64,000 nt of DNA from Myxococcota bacterium. GTDB lineage: Bacteria; Myxococcota_A; UBA796; UBA2385. Both the position numbers and the translations under genes were made by a program. The first letter of the stretch is position 1. Each line of letters starts with the position of its first letter. Shown here one piece after another: positions 17,732 to 27,237 of this stretch. The notes under the pieces were generated by a model. That model did no database searches. It saw only the letters and a program-made list of their open reading frames with translations, and was not told the DNA's origin. The stretch lies in contig JBIJDH010000015.1 in NCBI GenBank assembly GCA_044344255.1, positions 1 to 64,000 of the forward strand. The letters are read 5' to 3'.

Positions 17732-20353
17732 ATGGTTTCAGATCCGTCACCCGGCCCATCCTACGTCGGCTACGCGCCCCAGCGGCGCTTGCCGGCCGCC
17801 TCGACCGCGGTTGAACACTGGACGGCCGTGGGCCCCGAAGGCCCCGCCGATGTGTATCTCGGTCCGGACGCCTTCCTCCATCGTGCGCGCGGGCTCCCGG
17901 CCTGGGGGCCCTTCCCCCGCGTGTTCAGCGGGATGGACGAAGACCGGGCCTGGGTGGTGGTTCCGGGCGCCGTGGTTCAAGACCTCGATCAGCTCCGTGA
18001 GCGCCTGAGCCCCGGCGCGGCGGTCGCGTTCGCCTGGCACCTCGCCGCCGCGCTCGCCGAAATTCATGATCATGGTCTCTCGCATGGCGCCATCCACCCC
18101 TCCTATACGGGCCTCGATGCGTCTGGGCGGCTCCAGGTTCGCCCCGCGGTCGCCGCCGCGGTGCCGAGTGATCCGGACCCCCTCGCCCCGGCCCAGGCGA
18201 CGGACTGTCTTCAGCTCGCCTATCTCTTCGAGGCCCTCGATCTGGAGCGCGTAGACGACCCCGCGGTGCCGCTCATCCTGGGTGGCCTCCGCCGCGAACG
18301 GGCCCGCCTGCGCCTGCAGCCGGGGCGCGCCGTCCGGCAGGCCCTCTCCGCCGCGATCACGCGCCATCCTCGCTGGGAGGCTGAGCTGATCGAGGTCCTC
18401 GGCTCCGACTGGCAGATGCAGCGAGCGCCGCGTTGGCGTGGCCCGGACAGCCCGGCCCGCACCCCTTGGAGCCCAGAGCCCGCCGTCGAGATCGTGCCCC
18501 GGGCGCGGGGTCCGGAGCCGCGCCGGTCGCGGAGCGGGGAGGCCGAGCCGGATCCGAGCGCCGCAGAGGACACGCCGCGACGCACGGCGATCTCGGTGGT
18601 GATGCCCCGTCAGGGAGACCCATTCCCTCCGCGCGCCGTGGCGCCCGGGCTGCGGGTGGAGGCCATCCTCCCCCGTCCGGCCCTCGAGCGGCTCGCCGAG
18701 CCCGATATCAGCCTGCTCCCGCTCGACTCCCTGCCGCCCACCCCCGATGGTTCACCGCAGCCGGAGCCCCCGCCGATCTCGTTCCGCGGGCTCCACTCGG
18801 GTGGGGGCCTCGCGGAGTCCGTGACCGGCCTCGAGCAACCCACCCCGGTGGAGGTGCTGGAGGACGAGGTCGAGCTCGAGCCCGCCGAGTCCGTCAGCCT
18901 TCGGCTTGCGGAGCCAGAGCCTCCGCTGGCCGTCGAGCCTGAGGAGGCTCCCCTGGTCTCGGAGGCAGGCTCGATCGACGAGACCGACCCGATCGAAGAG
19001 GAGCTGTCGCTGAGCCCCGAGCCGGACCCGACGCGGATCAGCCTGGTCGAAGAAGAGGCGCTGGCGGAGCCGGAGGCCGAGCCCCCGCTGGAGGCCGAGC
19101 CCCCGCTGGAGGCGGAGGGGGAGCCGCCTCCCGAGGCCGAGCCCCCGCTGGAGGCGGAGGCCGAGCCGCCTCCCGAGGCCGAGGCGCCTCCCGAGGCCGG
19201 AGCGCCGCCGGAAGCCGAGGCGCCATCCGTGGCCGAGGCGTCGCCCGTGGCGGAGGCGCCTTCGGAGGTCGAAGCCGTCGCCGTGGAGGAGAAGGGGGAC
19301 GAAGGCGAAGAAGGCGAGATCAGCGAGACAGAGCTCCCAGAGGAGCCGAGTGAAGACGCGCCAGCGGTGCGGCCGCTGCGCTTCAGCCACCCGCCTGCGC
19401 GCGTGCTGCCGCTCCCCGATCCGGAGCCCCGGCCGCGGCCGATCCAGCCACCAGCGCTCGCCCCGATACCTTCGGTCATGGCCCGATCTCCGATCGCGCC
19501 GCCGGCGGCTGGTGCTCGCCTCCGCCCCACCGAGGCGCCGACCGTCGCGCCGCGGAGCGCTGCTTTCGCCGCACAGGCGGCCGAGCTGCCGCTCCCCTCG
19601 CGCGAGGCGCCCCGCCGGGACCGTCAGGGCTCCCCGGGCCCGGGGCACCTGCCGCCCTCCACGGCCGCCGCGGCCCGCCTGCCGCCGGTCGGGGCGGCGG
19701 TCCTCGCCCCGCCGCGGCCGGCCTTGGCACCCCCAAGGGTCCGCCCGCTGGCGCCGGAGGACTTCGGCGAGGAGCCCGTCACCGATCCCGGCGTTCTCCG
19801 AGGCGAAGAAGAGGAGGCGCCGCGCTGGTCGGGCGTGCGCGGGGTGACGGGCGAGTGCGAGAGAGACACAGAGCTCGGCGCGGGCAAGTGGAGCGAGCCC
19901 AGCCGGGACCTCGACGCGCTGCGGAGGTCGATGGGGACGGTGCCGGTCCGCGACCTCGAGGTGGACACCGGCGGCGCCAATTGGAGCCTGCTCATCGGCG
20001 TGTCCGTGGTGGTGGCCTTGCTGGTGCTGGTCTGGAAGCTCTACCCCGAGCAGGATCCCGCCGAGGTCGAGGCGCCGGTGGCCGTGGAGGCCCGCGCTCC
20101 GGTGGCGGTGGCGGTGGAGGCCGCGCCGCTGAGCCAGGTGCGGGTCGAGACCTCGCCCTCGGGGGGGCGGGTCTCGCTCGACGGCCGAAGCTACGGCATG
20201 GCGCCGGTGCCGGTGCCGGTCCCCCAGGACAAGGCGCGACACACGCTCTGCGTCGAGCTGGGCGGCGTCGAGACCTGCCGTGAGATCACGGGCAGCGCCC
20301 TGTCTGTAGAAGATCCGTATGTCTTTGAGCTCGGCTCCGGCGGGGGTGGGTAA
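17732..20353 (+). CDS. Membrane-anchored Ser/Thr pseudokinase-like protein with Pro/Glu-rich linker and C-terminal PEGA-like domain
   Basis: LAAALAEIHDHGLSHGAIHPSY is a degenerate subdomain VIb; TM LLIGVSVVVALLVLVW; PEGA-like VRVETSPSGGRVSLDGRSYGMAP. Confidence 0.7.
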   Translation: MVSDPSPGPSYVGYAPQRRLPAASTAVEHWTAVGPEGPADVYLGPDAFLHRARGLPAWGPFPRVFSGMDEDRAWVVVPGAVVQDLDQLRERLSPGAAVAFAWHLAAALAEIHDHGLSHGAIHPSYTGLDASGRLQVRPAVAAAVPSDPDPLAPAQATDCLQLAYLFEALDLERVDDPAVPLILGGLRRERARLRLQPGRAVRQALSAAITRHPRWEAELIEVLGSDWQMQRAPRWRGPDSPARTPWSPEPAVEIVPRARGPEPRRSRSGEAEPDPSAAEDTPRRTAISVVMPRQGDPFPPRAVAPGLRVEAILPRPALERLAEPDISLLPLDSLPPTPDGSPQPEPPPISFRGLHSGGGLAESVTGLEQPTPVEVLEDEVELEPAESVSLRLAEPEPPLAVEPEEAPLVSEAGSIDETDPIEEELSLSPEPDPTRISLVEEEALAEPEAEPPLEAEPPLEAEGEPPPEAEPPLEAEAEPPPEAEAPPEAGAPPEAEAPSVAEASPVAEAPSEVEAVAVEEKGDEGEEGEISETELPEEPSEDAPAVRPLRFSHPPARVLPLPDPEPRPRPIQPPALAPIPSVMARSPIAPPAAGARLRPTEAPTVAPRSAAFAAQAAELPLPSREAPRRDRQGSPGPGHLPPSTAAAARLPPVGAAVLAPPRPALAPPRVRPLAPEDFGEEPVTDPGVLRGEEEEAPRWSGVRGVTGECERDTELGAGKWSEPSRDLDALRRSMGTVPVRDLEVDTGGANWSLLIGVSVVVALLVLVWKLYPEQDPAEVEAPVAVEARAPVAVAVEAAPLSQVRVETSPSGGRVSLDGRSYGMAPVPVPVPQDKARHTLCVELGGVETCREITGSALSVEDPYVFELGSGGGG
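19060..19270 (+). repeat. Degenerate coding tandem repeats encoding EAEPPL/EAEAPP units
   Basis: Recurring gaggccgagcccccgctg-like units within the pseudokinase linker. Confidence 0.8.
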
Positions 20354-20356
20354 GGC

Positions 20357-22318
20357 ATGTCGATCGACCCCGGCCTCGTCGCCGCCGTCGAGCAGCTCCC
20401 GACGGAGCCGGGTGTCTATCTGTTCAAGGACCGGAAGGGCGTCGTCCTCTATGTCGGGAAGGCCAAGTCGCTCCGTTCACGGGCTCGTCAGTACTTGGCG
20501 GGCACGGACGAGCGCCCGATGGTGCCCTTCCTCGTGCGCCAGGCCACCACCATCGAAGTGATGGTGGTTCGGACCGAGAAAGAGGCGCTGATCTTAGAGA
20601 ACACGCTGATCAAGAAGCATCGGCCGCGGTACAACACCCGCCTCGTCGATGACTCCACCTTCCTGCACCTGCGCATCGATCCCCAGACACGCTGGCCCCG
20701 CTACGAGCTCCTTCGGGGGATCCAGCCGGCGTCGAAGGTCCGCTTCTTTGGTCCTTTCGCCTCTGCCTCCCGGGCGCGGGCCACCCTCGAGTTCATCCAC
20801 CGCCGCTTCCCCCTGCGCACCTGCACGGATCGCGAGCTCGAGGGCCGGAAGCGCCCTTGTTTGCTCCATCAGATGGGGCGCTGCGTGGCCCCCTGTGTCG
20901 GCCTCAGCACCCGGGAGGACTACGCCGACGTGGTTGAGCAGAGCCTCCTCTTCCTGGAGGGGCGGCACCCGGAGCTGATGGATCGCCTGCGGGCCAGGAT
21001 GATGGGGGCCGCCGAGCGGGAGGCCTTCGAGGAGGCCGCGCGGGTGCGGGATCTGATCCGGGCGATCGAGGCCAGCACAGAGCGACAGCAGGTCGTGGAC
21101 CCCCGCCTCGGTGACCGCGACGTCTGGGGTATCCATCGAGCCGGCGATCGAGGCGTGGTCTGCATCCTCCCGGTGCGTCGCGGGGTGATGCAAGAGCTCG
21201 TGACGCTGCCCTTCGACGATCAAGTGGTCGAGTCGGGCGAGCTCCTGAGCTCGATGCTCAACGCCTGGTACCCCGAAGGCGGGGAGATCCCGGTCGAGCT
21301 CCTCCTCGCCGAGGCGCCCCCCGACCTCGCCGCGCTCACCGAGGTGCTCAGCGAGCGGCGGGGGGCGGGCCTCAGCATCCGGGTGCCCCAGCGCGGGGAG
21401 AAGGTCCACCTGGTCGAGCTCGCCAACCAGAACGCCGCCGGAGCCTTCCAGCGGCGGGAGTCCGAAGAGGAGCGGCGCGAGCGTACGCTCGGCGAGCTGA
21501 TGCGGGTCTGTAGACTGCCGATGATGCCTCGTCGGATCGAGTGTTACGACAACTCGAACATCCAGGGCACCGACCCCGTGGCCAGCCGCGTGGTGTTCCT
21601 CAATGGAGAGCCCAACCGGGCCCTCTACCGGCGGTATCGGGTCAAGACGGTGGTGGGCGCCGACGACTTTGCCACCATGCGGGAGATCCTGCGCCGGCGC
21701 CTGCTGCGCGGCCTCGCCGAGGAGGACCTCCCCGACCTGCTCGTGGTCGACGGCGGGAAGGGGCAGGTGAGCGCCGCGCTGGCGATCCTCGACGAGCTCG
21801 GCTTCGTCGACCACCGGCGCGCGGGCGCCGAGGGGGCCGAGGGGCGGCGGATGATCGGCCTCATCGGCCTCGTGAAGCCCCGCACCGAGGCCCGGCGCGG
21901 CGATCGGGAGGCCACCGACAAGATCGTCCTCCCCGGCGTGCAGAACCCGCTCCGCTTGCCTGCCAACAGCCCGGCGCTGCGGTTGCTGCAATACCTTCGA
22001 GATGAGGCCCACGACACCGCGGTGCAGTACCACCGCAAGGTGCGGGGGCGCCGCGCGCTCACGAGCGAGCTTGACGCCCTGGAGGGAGTGGGGGAGACGC
22101 GCCGCCGCGCTCTCCTCACCCACTTTGGCAGCGTGCGCGCCCTGCGGCTGGCGAGCCCCTCCGACATCGCCCTGCTCCCGGGCTTCGGTGCCAAGCTCGC
22201 GGCGCGGATCTTCACCGCCCTGCACGCCGCCGACCCCGCGCCGGACGCCGGCCTCACGCGCGAAGGGGCAGGAGAGGTGCCGGCGGCCATGCCGACCACC
22301 TGGGACGGCGAGGAGTAG
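20357..22318 (+). CDS. uvrC: Excinuclease ABC subunit C
   Basis: GIY-YIG PGVYLFKD..LYVGKAKSLR, Cys cluster, RIECYDNSNIQG, PDLLVVDGGKGQ, RDEAH, C-terminal HhH. Confidence 0.98.
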   Translation: MSIDPGLVAAVEQLPTEPGVYLFKDRKGVVLYVGKAKSLRSRARQYLAGTDERPMVPFLVRQATTIEVMVVRTEKEALILENTLIKKHRPRYNTRLVDDSTFLHLRIDPQTRWPRYELLRGIQPASKVRFFGPFASASRARATLEFIHRRFPLRTCTDRELEGRKRPCLLHQMGRCVAPCVGLSTREDYADVVEQSLLFLEGRHPELMDRLRARMMGAAEREAFEEAARVRDLIRAIEASTERQQVVDPRLGDRDVWGIHRAGDRGVVCILPVRRGVMQELVTLPFDDQVVESGELLSSMLNAWYPEGGEIPVELLLAEAPPDLAALTEVLSERRGAGLSIRVPQRGEKVHLVELANQNAAGAFQRRESEEERRERTLGELMRVCRLPMMPRRIECYDNSNIQGTDPVASRVVFLNGEPNRALYRRYRVKTVVGADDFATMREILRRRLLRGLAEEDLPDLLVVDGGKGQVSAALAILDELGFVDHRRAGAEGAEGRRMIGLIGLVKPRTEARRGDREATDKIVLPGVQNPLRLPANSPALRLLQYLRDEAHDTAVQYHRKVRGRRALTSELDALEGVGETRRRALLTHFGSVRALRLASPSDIALLPGFGAKLAARIFTALHAADPAPDAGLTREGAGEVPAAMPTTWDGEE

Positions 22319-22455
22319 GCGACGATTGACGGAGTGTGCGATCGGGCCGCCGATCGGGCGTCCCGGGGCCGTTTGCGGATTTCTTCGTTTAGCCCGTCAC
22401 GAAGCGAGCGCGGCTGGTTAGGAGTCCGCCCCCCTTTTTGTCGAGGTCGGATCCG

Positions 22456-24324
22456 GTGTCGCCACGGCAGATCGAACTGGTGGTCCGTCGCGCGGGTGAG
22501 CCCGAGCGTCGGATGGTGCTGGCCGAAGGTGTGACCCACCTCGGCCGGGCGGAAGACAACGAGCTCGTGCTCCCCGACATCGGGGTGAGCCGACGGCATG
22601 CGCGCATCGTGGTGGACACGGGCGGCGTCCGCTTCGAAGACCTGGGGAGCGGGAACGGCACATTCTTGCTGGGTCGGAAGGTCGAACAGCACGTTGTGGC
22701 GGACGGCGACGAGATCGTGGTCGAGCCGTTCACCTTGCTCTTCCGAGTCACGGGAGGCGCAGGCGGCGCCCTCGACGACGACGAGACCCTGCGAGCGCCG
22801 GCCCCCGAGGAGCTCTCGGCGGCCCCTGCCCGGCTGGTGACGATGTCCGGGCCGCGGCTCGCGCCGGTCTACCCGCTCGGCGGGGCCCCGGTGACCATGG
22901 GCCGCTCCGAAGCCCGGGAGATCGTCCTCTTTGACCCCGCGGCCAGCCGCGGTCACTGCCGGGTCGAGCGCCGGGCGGACGGCTACTGGCTCGTCGACCT
23001 CGACAGCGCCAACGGCACTTACGTCAACAACCAACGAGTGCGCGAGCAGCCGCTCTTGCCCGGCGATCGCATTCGAATCGGCGCGACTGAGTTCCGATAC
23101 GAGCCCAACGGCCCGGCGGGCGCCGTCTCGACCTCCGCCGCTTCGATGACGGCCCCACCGTCGACCTTCGCTGCCGCGCCTCCGGGGCCGCCGGTGCGCC
23201 CCGCGTCTCCCGCTCCTGCTCCGGCGCCTGCTCCGGCGTTTGGGGCGGCGCCCGGGCCCCAGCCCTGGGCTGCTAATCCCACGCCGGCCTATCCTCCGCC
23301 CTCGATCACCGCGGCCCCCGCACCGGCGCCGATCGCGCAGCGCGCTCCCCCACCGCAAGCGTATTCTGCCCCCGCGCCGGCCCCCGCGCCGGTGCATGCG
23401 CCCCCCGTTCAAGCTCAGTACGCCCCCGCGCCGGTCCAGGCGCCGCCGCAGCAGGCGGCGCGGCCTCACGCTGCAGCCGCGATCTCTCCGGTCGGGGACG
23501 CCTCGGTGTCCCGGCGGCGGGTCGCGCAGGAGCCCGCCGTTCGCGAGCAGAAGGAGGGCGGCTTCAAGCTGATCCACCTTGCGATCGCAGCGGTGGTGGG
23601 CTTCTTCCTCGTGCTCGCCGTCGCGGCCTTGGGCCTCGGAGCTTGGTACGTCAGCCAACGCGCCTCGGGCCCCGACGTGGTCGTCGTGGGCGCGAGCGGG
23701 AGCGCCGCCTCGGGCCAGCCGGCGGCGCCGATGATCCCGTCCGCGCAGGCGGAGAAGGTCGAAGGGCTGATGGCCGACGGGCGGCTCCTTCAGTACCAAG
23801 GCCGGTCGCTCGAGGCGGTCGCGGCCTTCGCCCAGGCGGTGAAGCTCGCGCCGGCCTACGAAGACGCCGAGCGGATGAAGAACGCCGCCTGTGAGTCGAT
23901 CGTCTTTGAGCCGCTCCGCCAAGACATCATGCGGCGCAAGCTGACCGACAACGAGAAGCGGGCGCTCTACCAAGACGCTCGGGACCTCGCGACCAAGGCG
24001 GTGGCCGGTGAGGGGCCGCTCGACGAGGCCGACCTCGCCGTGCGCGAAGCGCTCGTGGTCTTCCCCGACGACGCCACCCTCGTCGGCCTCCGAGACAAGG
24101 TGCGGGAGGCGGTGAAGGCGAAGGGGGACGCTGCGGCCTTGAACAAGCTGCGGGGGCTGATCCAGCCCGTCTACGATCAGGCCACCACCGACCTCCGCGC
24201 GGGCAAGTGGGAGGCCGCGGCAGACGGCTTCCGCAAGGTGCAGGGCGCCGACGACAAGCGGCTGACCTGGTATTGGTACGCGGCCGGTGAGGGCTTGGAG
24301 CGCGCCGAGCGTCGTGGACCGTAG
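22456..24324 (+). CDS. Double-FHA domain membrane protein with Pro-rich linker and C-terminal TPR-like region
   Basis: FHA1 LGRAEDN..VSRRHA..DLGSGNGT; FHA2 MGRSE..ASRGHC..DLDSANGT; TM AIAAVVGFFLVLAVAALGLGAW. Start set at GTG 22456 after GAGGT. Confidence 0.88.
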   Translation: MSPRQIELVVRRAGEPERRMVLAEGVTHLGRAEDNELVLPDIGVSRRHARIVVDTGGVRFEDLGSGNGTFLLGRKVEQHVVADGDEIVVEPFTLLFRVTGGAGGALDDDETLRAPAPEELSAAPARLVTMSGPRLAPVYPLGGAPVTMGRSEAREIVLFDPAASRGHCRVERRADGYWLVDLDSANGTYVNNQRVREQPLLPGDRIRIGATEFRYEPNGPAGAVSTSAASMTAPPSTFAAAPPGPPVRPASPAPAPAPAPAFGAAPGPQPWAANPTPAYPPPSITAAPAPAPIAQRAPPPQAYSAPAPAPAPVHAPPVQAQYAPAPVQAPPQQAARPHAAAAISPVGDASVSRRRVAQEPAVREQKEGGFKLIHLAIAAVVGFFLVLAVAALGLGAWYVSQRASGPDVVVVGASGSAASGQPAAPMIPSAQAEKVEGLMADGRLLQYQGRSLEAVAAFAQAVKLAPAYEDAERMKNAACESIVFEPLRQDIMRRKLTDNEKRALYQDARDLATKAVAGEGPLDEADLAVREALVVFPDDATLVGLRDKVREAVKAKGDAAALNKLRGLIQPVYDQATTDLRAGKWEAAADGFRKVQGADDKRLTWYWYAAGEGLERAERRGP

Positions 24325-25510
24325 GGCGCCCCTCGCGCTCGGGCTCCTCTGCCTCCTCTTCGGGTGCCCGAAGCAGGGAGCGGTGGAGGTGCAGGAGGCC
24401 GATCCCACCACCCTCAGCGGCCCCGTGGGAGATCCGCGGACCGTGCTGCTCTCTGCCGCCGCGGACCCCGACCCCACCCTCCGCGCCGCCGCGCTCGTGG
24501 CCCTCGTCGCGCGGGAGCCGACCGCGGGCGGGGGAGAGTGGGGCCCTCGGGGGACCTTCGATCCGAGCCCCTGGGTGCAGCGGGAGGTGACCGCCGCCCT
24601 GCTCGCCCGCAACGGTGACCCCCTCGCCCGCTCTCACGTACGCGTCCTCGTCGAGCGTCCCGCGGTCGATCCGCTGAGCCGCTGCTCGGCGGCCCTCCGG
24701 CTCGCCGATCCCGAGCTGAGGCCGGTGGTGCACGCGCTGTGGGCCGAGAGCGACGAGCCCTTTACGGTCGCCCCCTGCGCCCTCGCCGCCGCGCGCCTCG
24801 GCGACGACCTCGCGCCGGCCGCCCTCGACGCCGCGCTCCGAAGCGGTGAGCTCCCATTCGAGCTCATCTTCTATGAAGACCTCGCGCGGCTACCGAGCCC
24901 CGGGCCGGCCTCCGGCGCCGAAGCTGCGCTCCTCCCCGCCTTGGAGGCCGCGATGGCGGAGGTCGAGGAGGGCCTCTCCTTGCCCGTCGCGGCGGCGCTG
25001 GCTCGGCTGGACAGCCGCGCGGGAGAGGAGGCCCTGCGGGCCGCCCTCACCGGCCCCAGCGCGGAGGCGGCGCTCACCGCGATCGACCTCCTCGACGACG
25101 ACCCTCGCGCCGTCGCCACGGAGCTGCTCCGCCGCGGCGCGCAGGCGGGCCCCGCCGCGGCCCGCCCCTTCGCGACCGTCGCGCTCGTGCGGCGAGGCGC
25201 CCAGGAGACCGGCCAGGCCCTGCTGCTCGCGATCAGCGCCGACCGAGAGCTTCGTGCGGCGGCGATCCGCGCCATTGGGGAGTCCGCGGCGCGGGGCGTC
25301 GGTCGCCGAGTCGCCCGGGGCGCGCGGGCGAGCGTGGTCGCGGCCCTCTCCGACCCCGACGACGTGGTGCGCGCCGCAGCGGTGGTCGCGTTCCAGCAGC
25401 TCGGCGGCGGCCCCGAGCTCTCGGCCCTGCTCAAAGATGAGAGCAATACCGTGCGGCTCGCGGCCGCGGTGGCCCTGCTGCCCCTCCCGGCCCCGATGGC
25501 TCCGCTTTGA
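24314..25510 (+). CDS. HEAT-repeat lipoprotein
   Basis: Lipobox LLCLLFGC; HEAT-like DPDPTLRAAAL, DPSPWVQ, LSDPDDVVRAAAV, LKDESNTVRLAAA. Overlaps the FHA gene end. Confidence 0.75.
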   Translation: MDRRAPLALGLLCLLFGCPKQGAVEVQEADPTTLSGPVGDPRTVLLSAAADPDPTLRAAALVALVAREPTAGGGEWGPRGTFDPSPWVQREVTAALLARNGDPLARSHVRVLVERPAVDPLSRCSAALRLADPELRPVVHALWAESDEPFTVAPCALAAARLGDDLAPAALDAALRSGELPFELIFYEDLARLPSPGPASGAEAALLPALEAAMAEVEEGLSLPVAAALARLDSRAGEEALRAALTGPSAEAALTAIDLLDDDPRAVATELLRRGAQAGPAAARPFATVALVRRGAQETGQALLLAISADRELRAAAIRAIGESAARGVGRRVARGARASVVAALSDPDDVVRAAAVVAFQQLGGGPELSALLKDESNTVRLAAAVALLPLPAPMAPL

Positions 25511-25614
25511 CAGGTTAGCGGGCAGCCCTGTAGGATGCGCCCGCGGCCCCTGTTCGGTGCCCGGCATAGAACACCGATCGGGGCACGGCGAGTCTCGAGA
25601 TTCGGGAGGTTGGA

Positions 25615-27201
25615 ATGGGCGGTTTGATTGAATTTAATGGTCGGATCACACGGGCCGAGGGTCGGGCGACCCCCGCTGCACGCGCCGATCTGCTGTTTCA
25701 GCTCCACTCCACCCTCGCCGACGATGACGTGCTTTGGGCAGAGACCCTGCGCGGCGTCGAGGTCGCAGGCGGAGGTTTCGCGGTCGTGCTCGGTCAGGAC
25801 GTACCGCTCGAGGCCTCTTATTTCGAAGATGGGCCGCGTTGGCTGAGCGTTCGCCTCGTCAAGGGTGGAAAGCCTGGAGAGGAGGTCGCCGCGCGCGCTC
25901 CGCTCGCTGGCAACGATCTGCGCCTCGAGGCCCGCATCGAGGCCCTCGAGGGCCGCGCCGCCGGCCTCGGCGAAGAGGACATCGACGCGCCGGTGGGCGG
26001 GATGGATCGCCTCCCCAACCGCGTGCAGCGCTTGAAGGACACCGTCGAGCAGATCGACGCGCGCCTCGTCAACGTGGAAGAGAGCGATGTCATCTCCTCC
26101 GTCGGCCGCCGCGTCGAGCTCCTCATCGCTCGCCTGGAGTCGGTGGAGGGCGAGGATGGCCGTCTCCAGCGCCTCGAAGACGAGATGGAAGACCTCGTGG
26201 GCCCGGACGGCGACGTCGTCGATCTGAACGAGCGGATGGACCGCATCGAGGGCCGGGCGCCCGAGCTTATCGCCTCGCTGCGCAACCGCGAGCCGCCGGT
26301 CAGCCAGGAGAAGCTCGACGAGCTCCGACGCGAGACCGAGGCCCTCCGCGCCGTCCTCTCGGTCGCCGAGGCCACGTTGGCAGAGCTCAAGTCCGGCGTC
26401 GCCGAGCTCCGCGAGCAGCCGGCCGCTACCCCCGATGGCATCGGCGCCGTCAAGCGGGCCGGCGACGTGATGACCGGCGGCCTGATCATCAACCGCGGCG
26501 GCCTCGAGGTCCTGTCCGGTGGCGTGACGTGCCGCGGCGCGACCGTGACCACGCTCGAGGCCTCCAACCTCGTCAAGTCGCCGAAGACGATCACGGACGC
26601 CATCGAGCTCCGCGGTGACCTCACCGTCGACAACACCCGCCGGGTCCTCCAAGTGAGGATGATCGAGGGGCGGCAGGGCTCCGCTCGGAAAGACGGCGCG
26701 CTGCACCTCAACAGCCGCGGTGGCGCCGAGGTGGTCATCGGCAACGCCGAGGAGGCCCGCGGCGCGCAGGTCTTCGGCACGGTCGCCGCGGAGGCCTTCC
26801 AGGCGAACCTCTCGGCGGTGGCCCAGGTGTTCGAGCTCGCGGGGGAGGCCTCCTCCGGGGATGTCCTCCGGCTGACCGAGGATGGCCGCAAGGTCACACG
26901 GGCGACCGAGGTCGGCGATCGGCGCGTGGTCGGCGTCCTCACCGACAAGCCGGCCCTCCTCCTCGGCGGGGCGCTGTCGGCCAGCCGGGTGGCGGTGGCG
27001 GTGCAGGGCGAGGTGATCACCAAGGTGGAGGCGGACTCTTCCCCCATCCACCCCGGCGACCTCCTCGGCCCCTCCGCGATCATCGGGCACGCCTGCAAGG
27101 TCACCGATCCGGCAGCCTCGATCGGGGCGATCATCGGCAAGGCCCTCGAGCCGCTCGAGAGCGGCCGGGGCACGATGCGCATGTTGGTCTGGAGCCGCTG
27201 A
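25615..27201 (+). CDS. Tail-fibre-like trimeric protein: N-terminal beta domain, coiled coil, fibre motif, peptidase G2/IMC-like C-terminal domain
   Basis: IEFNGR..LWAE..GFAVVLG..RWLSV N-domain; heptad-rich middle; VKRAGDVMTGGL; C-terminal VVGVLTDKPALLLG..IHPGDLL..GAIIGKALEPL. GGGAGG SD upstream. Confidence 0.7.
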   Translation: MGGLIEFNGRITRAEGRATPAARADLLFQLHSTLADDDVLWAETLRGVEVAGGGFAVVLGQDVPLEASYFEDGPRWLSVRLVKGGKPGEEVAARAPLAGNDLRLEARIEALEGRAAGLGEEDIDAPVGGMDRLPNRVQRLKDTVEQIDARLVNVEESDVISSVGRRVELLIARLESVEGEDGRLQRLEDEMEDLVGPDGDVVDLNERMDRIEGRAPELIASLRNREPPVSQEKLDELRRETEALRAVLSVAEATLAELKSGVAELREQPAATPDGIGAVKRAGDVMTGGLIINRGGLEVLSGGVTCRGATVTTLEASNLVKSPKTITDAIELRGDLTVDNTRRVLQVRMIEGRQGSARKDGALHLNSRGGAEVVIGNAEEARGAQVFGTVAAEAFQANLSAVAQVFELAGEASSGDVLRLTEDGRKVTRATEVGDRRVVGVLTDKPALLLGGALSASRVAVAVQGEVITKVEADSSPIHPGDLLGPSAIIGHACKVTDPAASIGAIIGKALEPLESGRGTMRMLVWSR

Positions 27202-27237
27202 ACGCCCGCAGAACCTCCCCCATCCGAGAGTGAGCCG

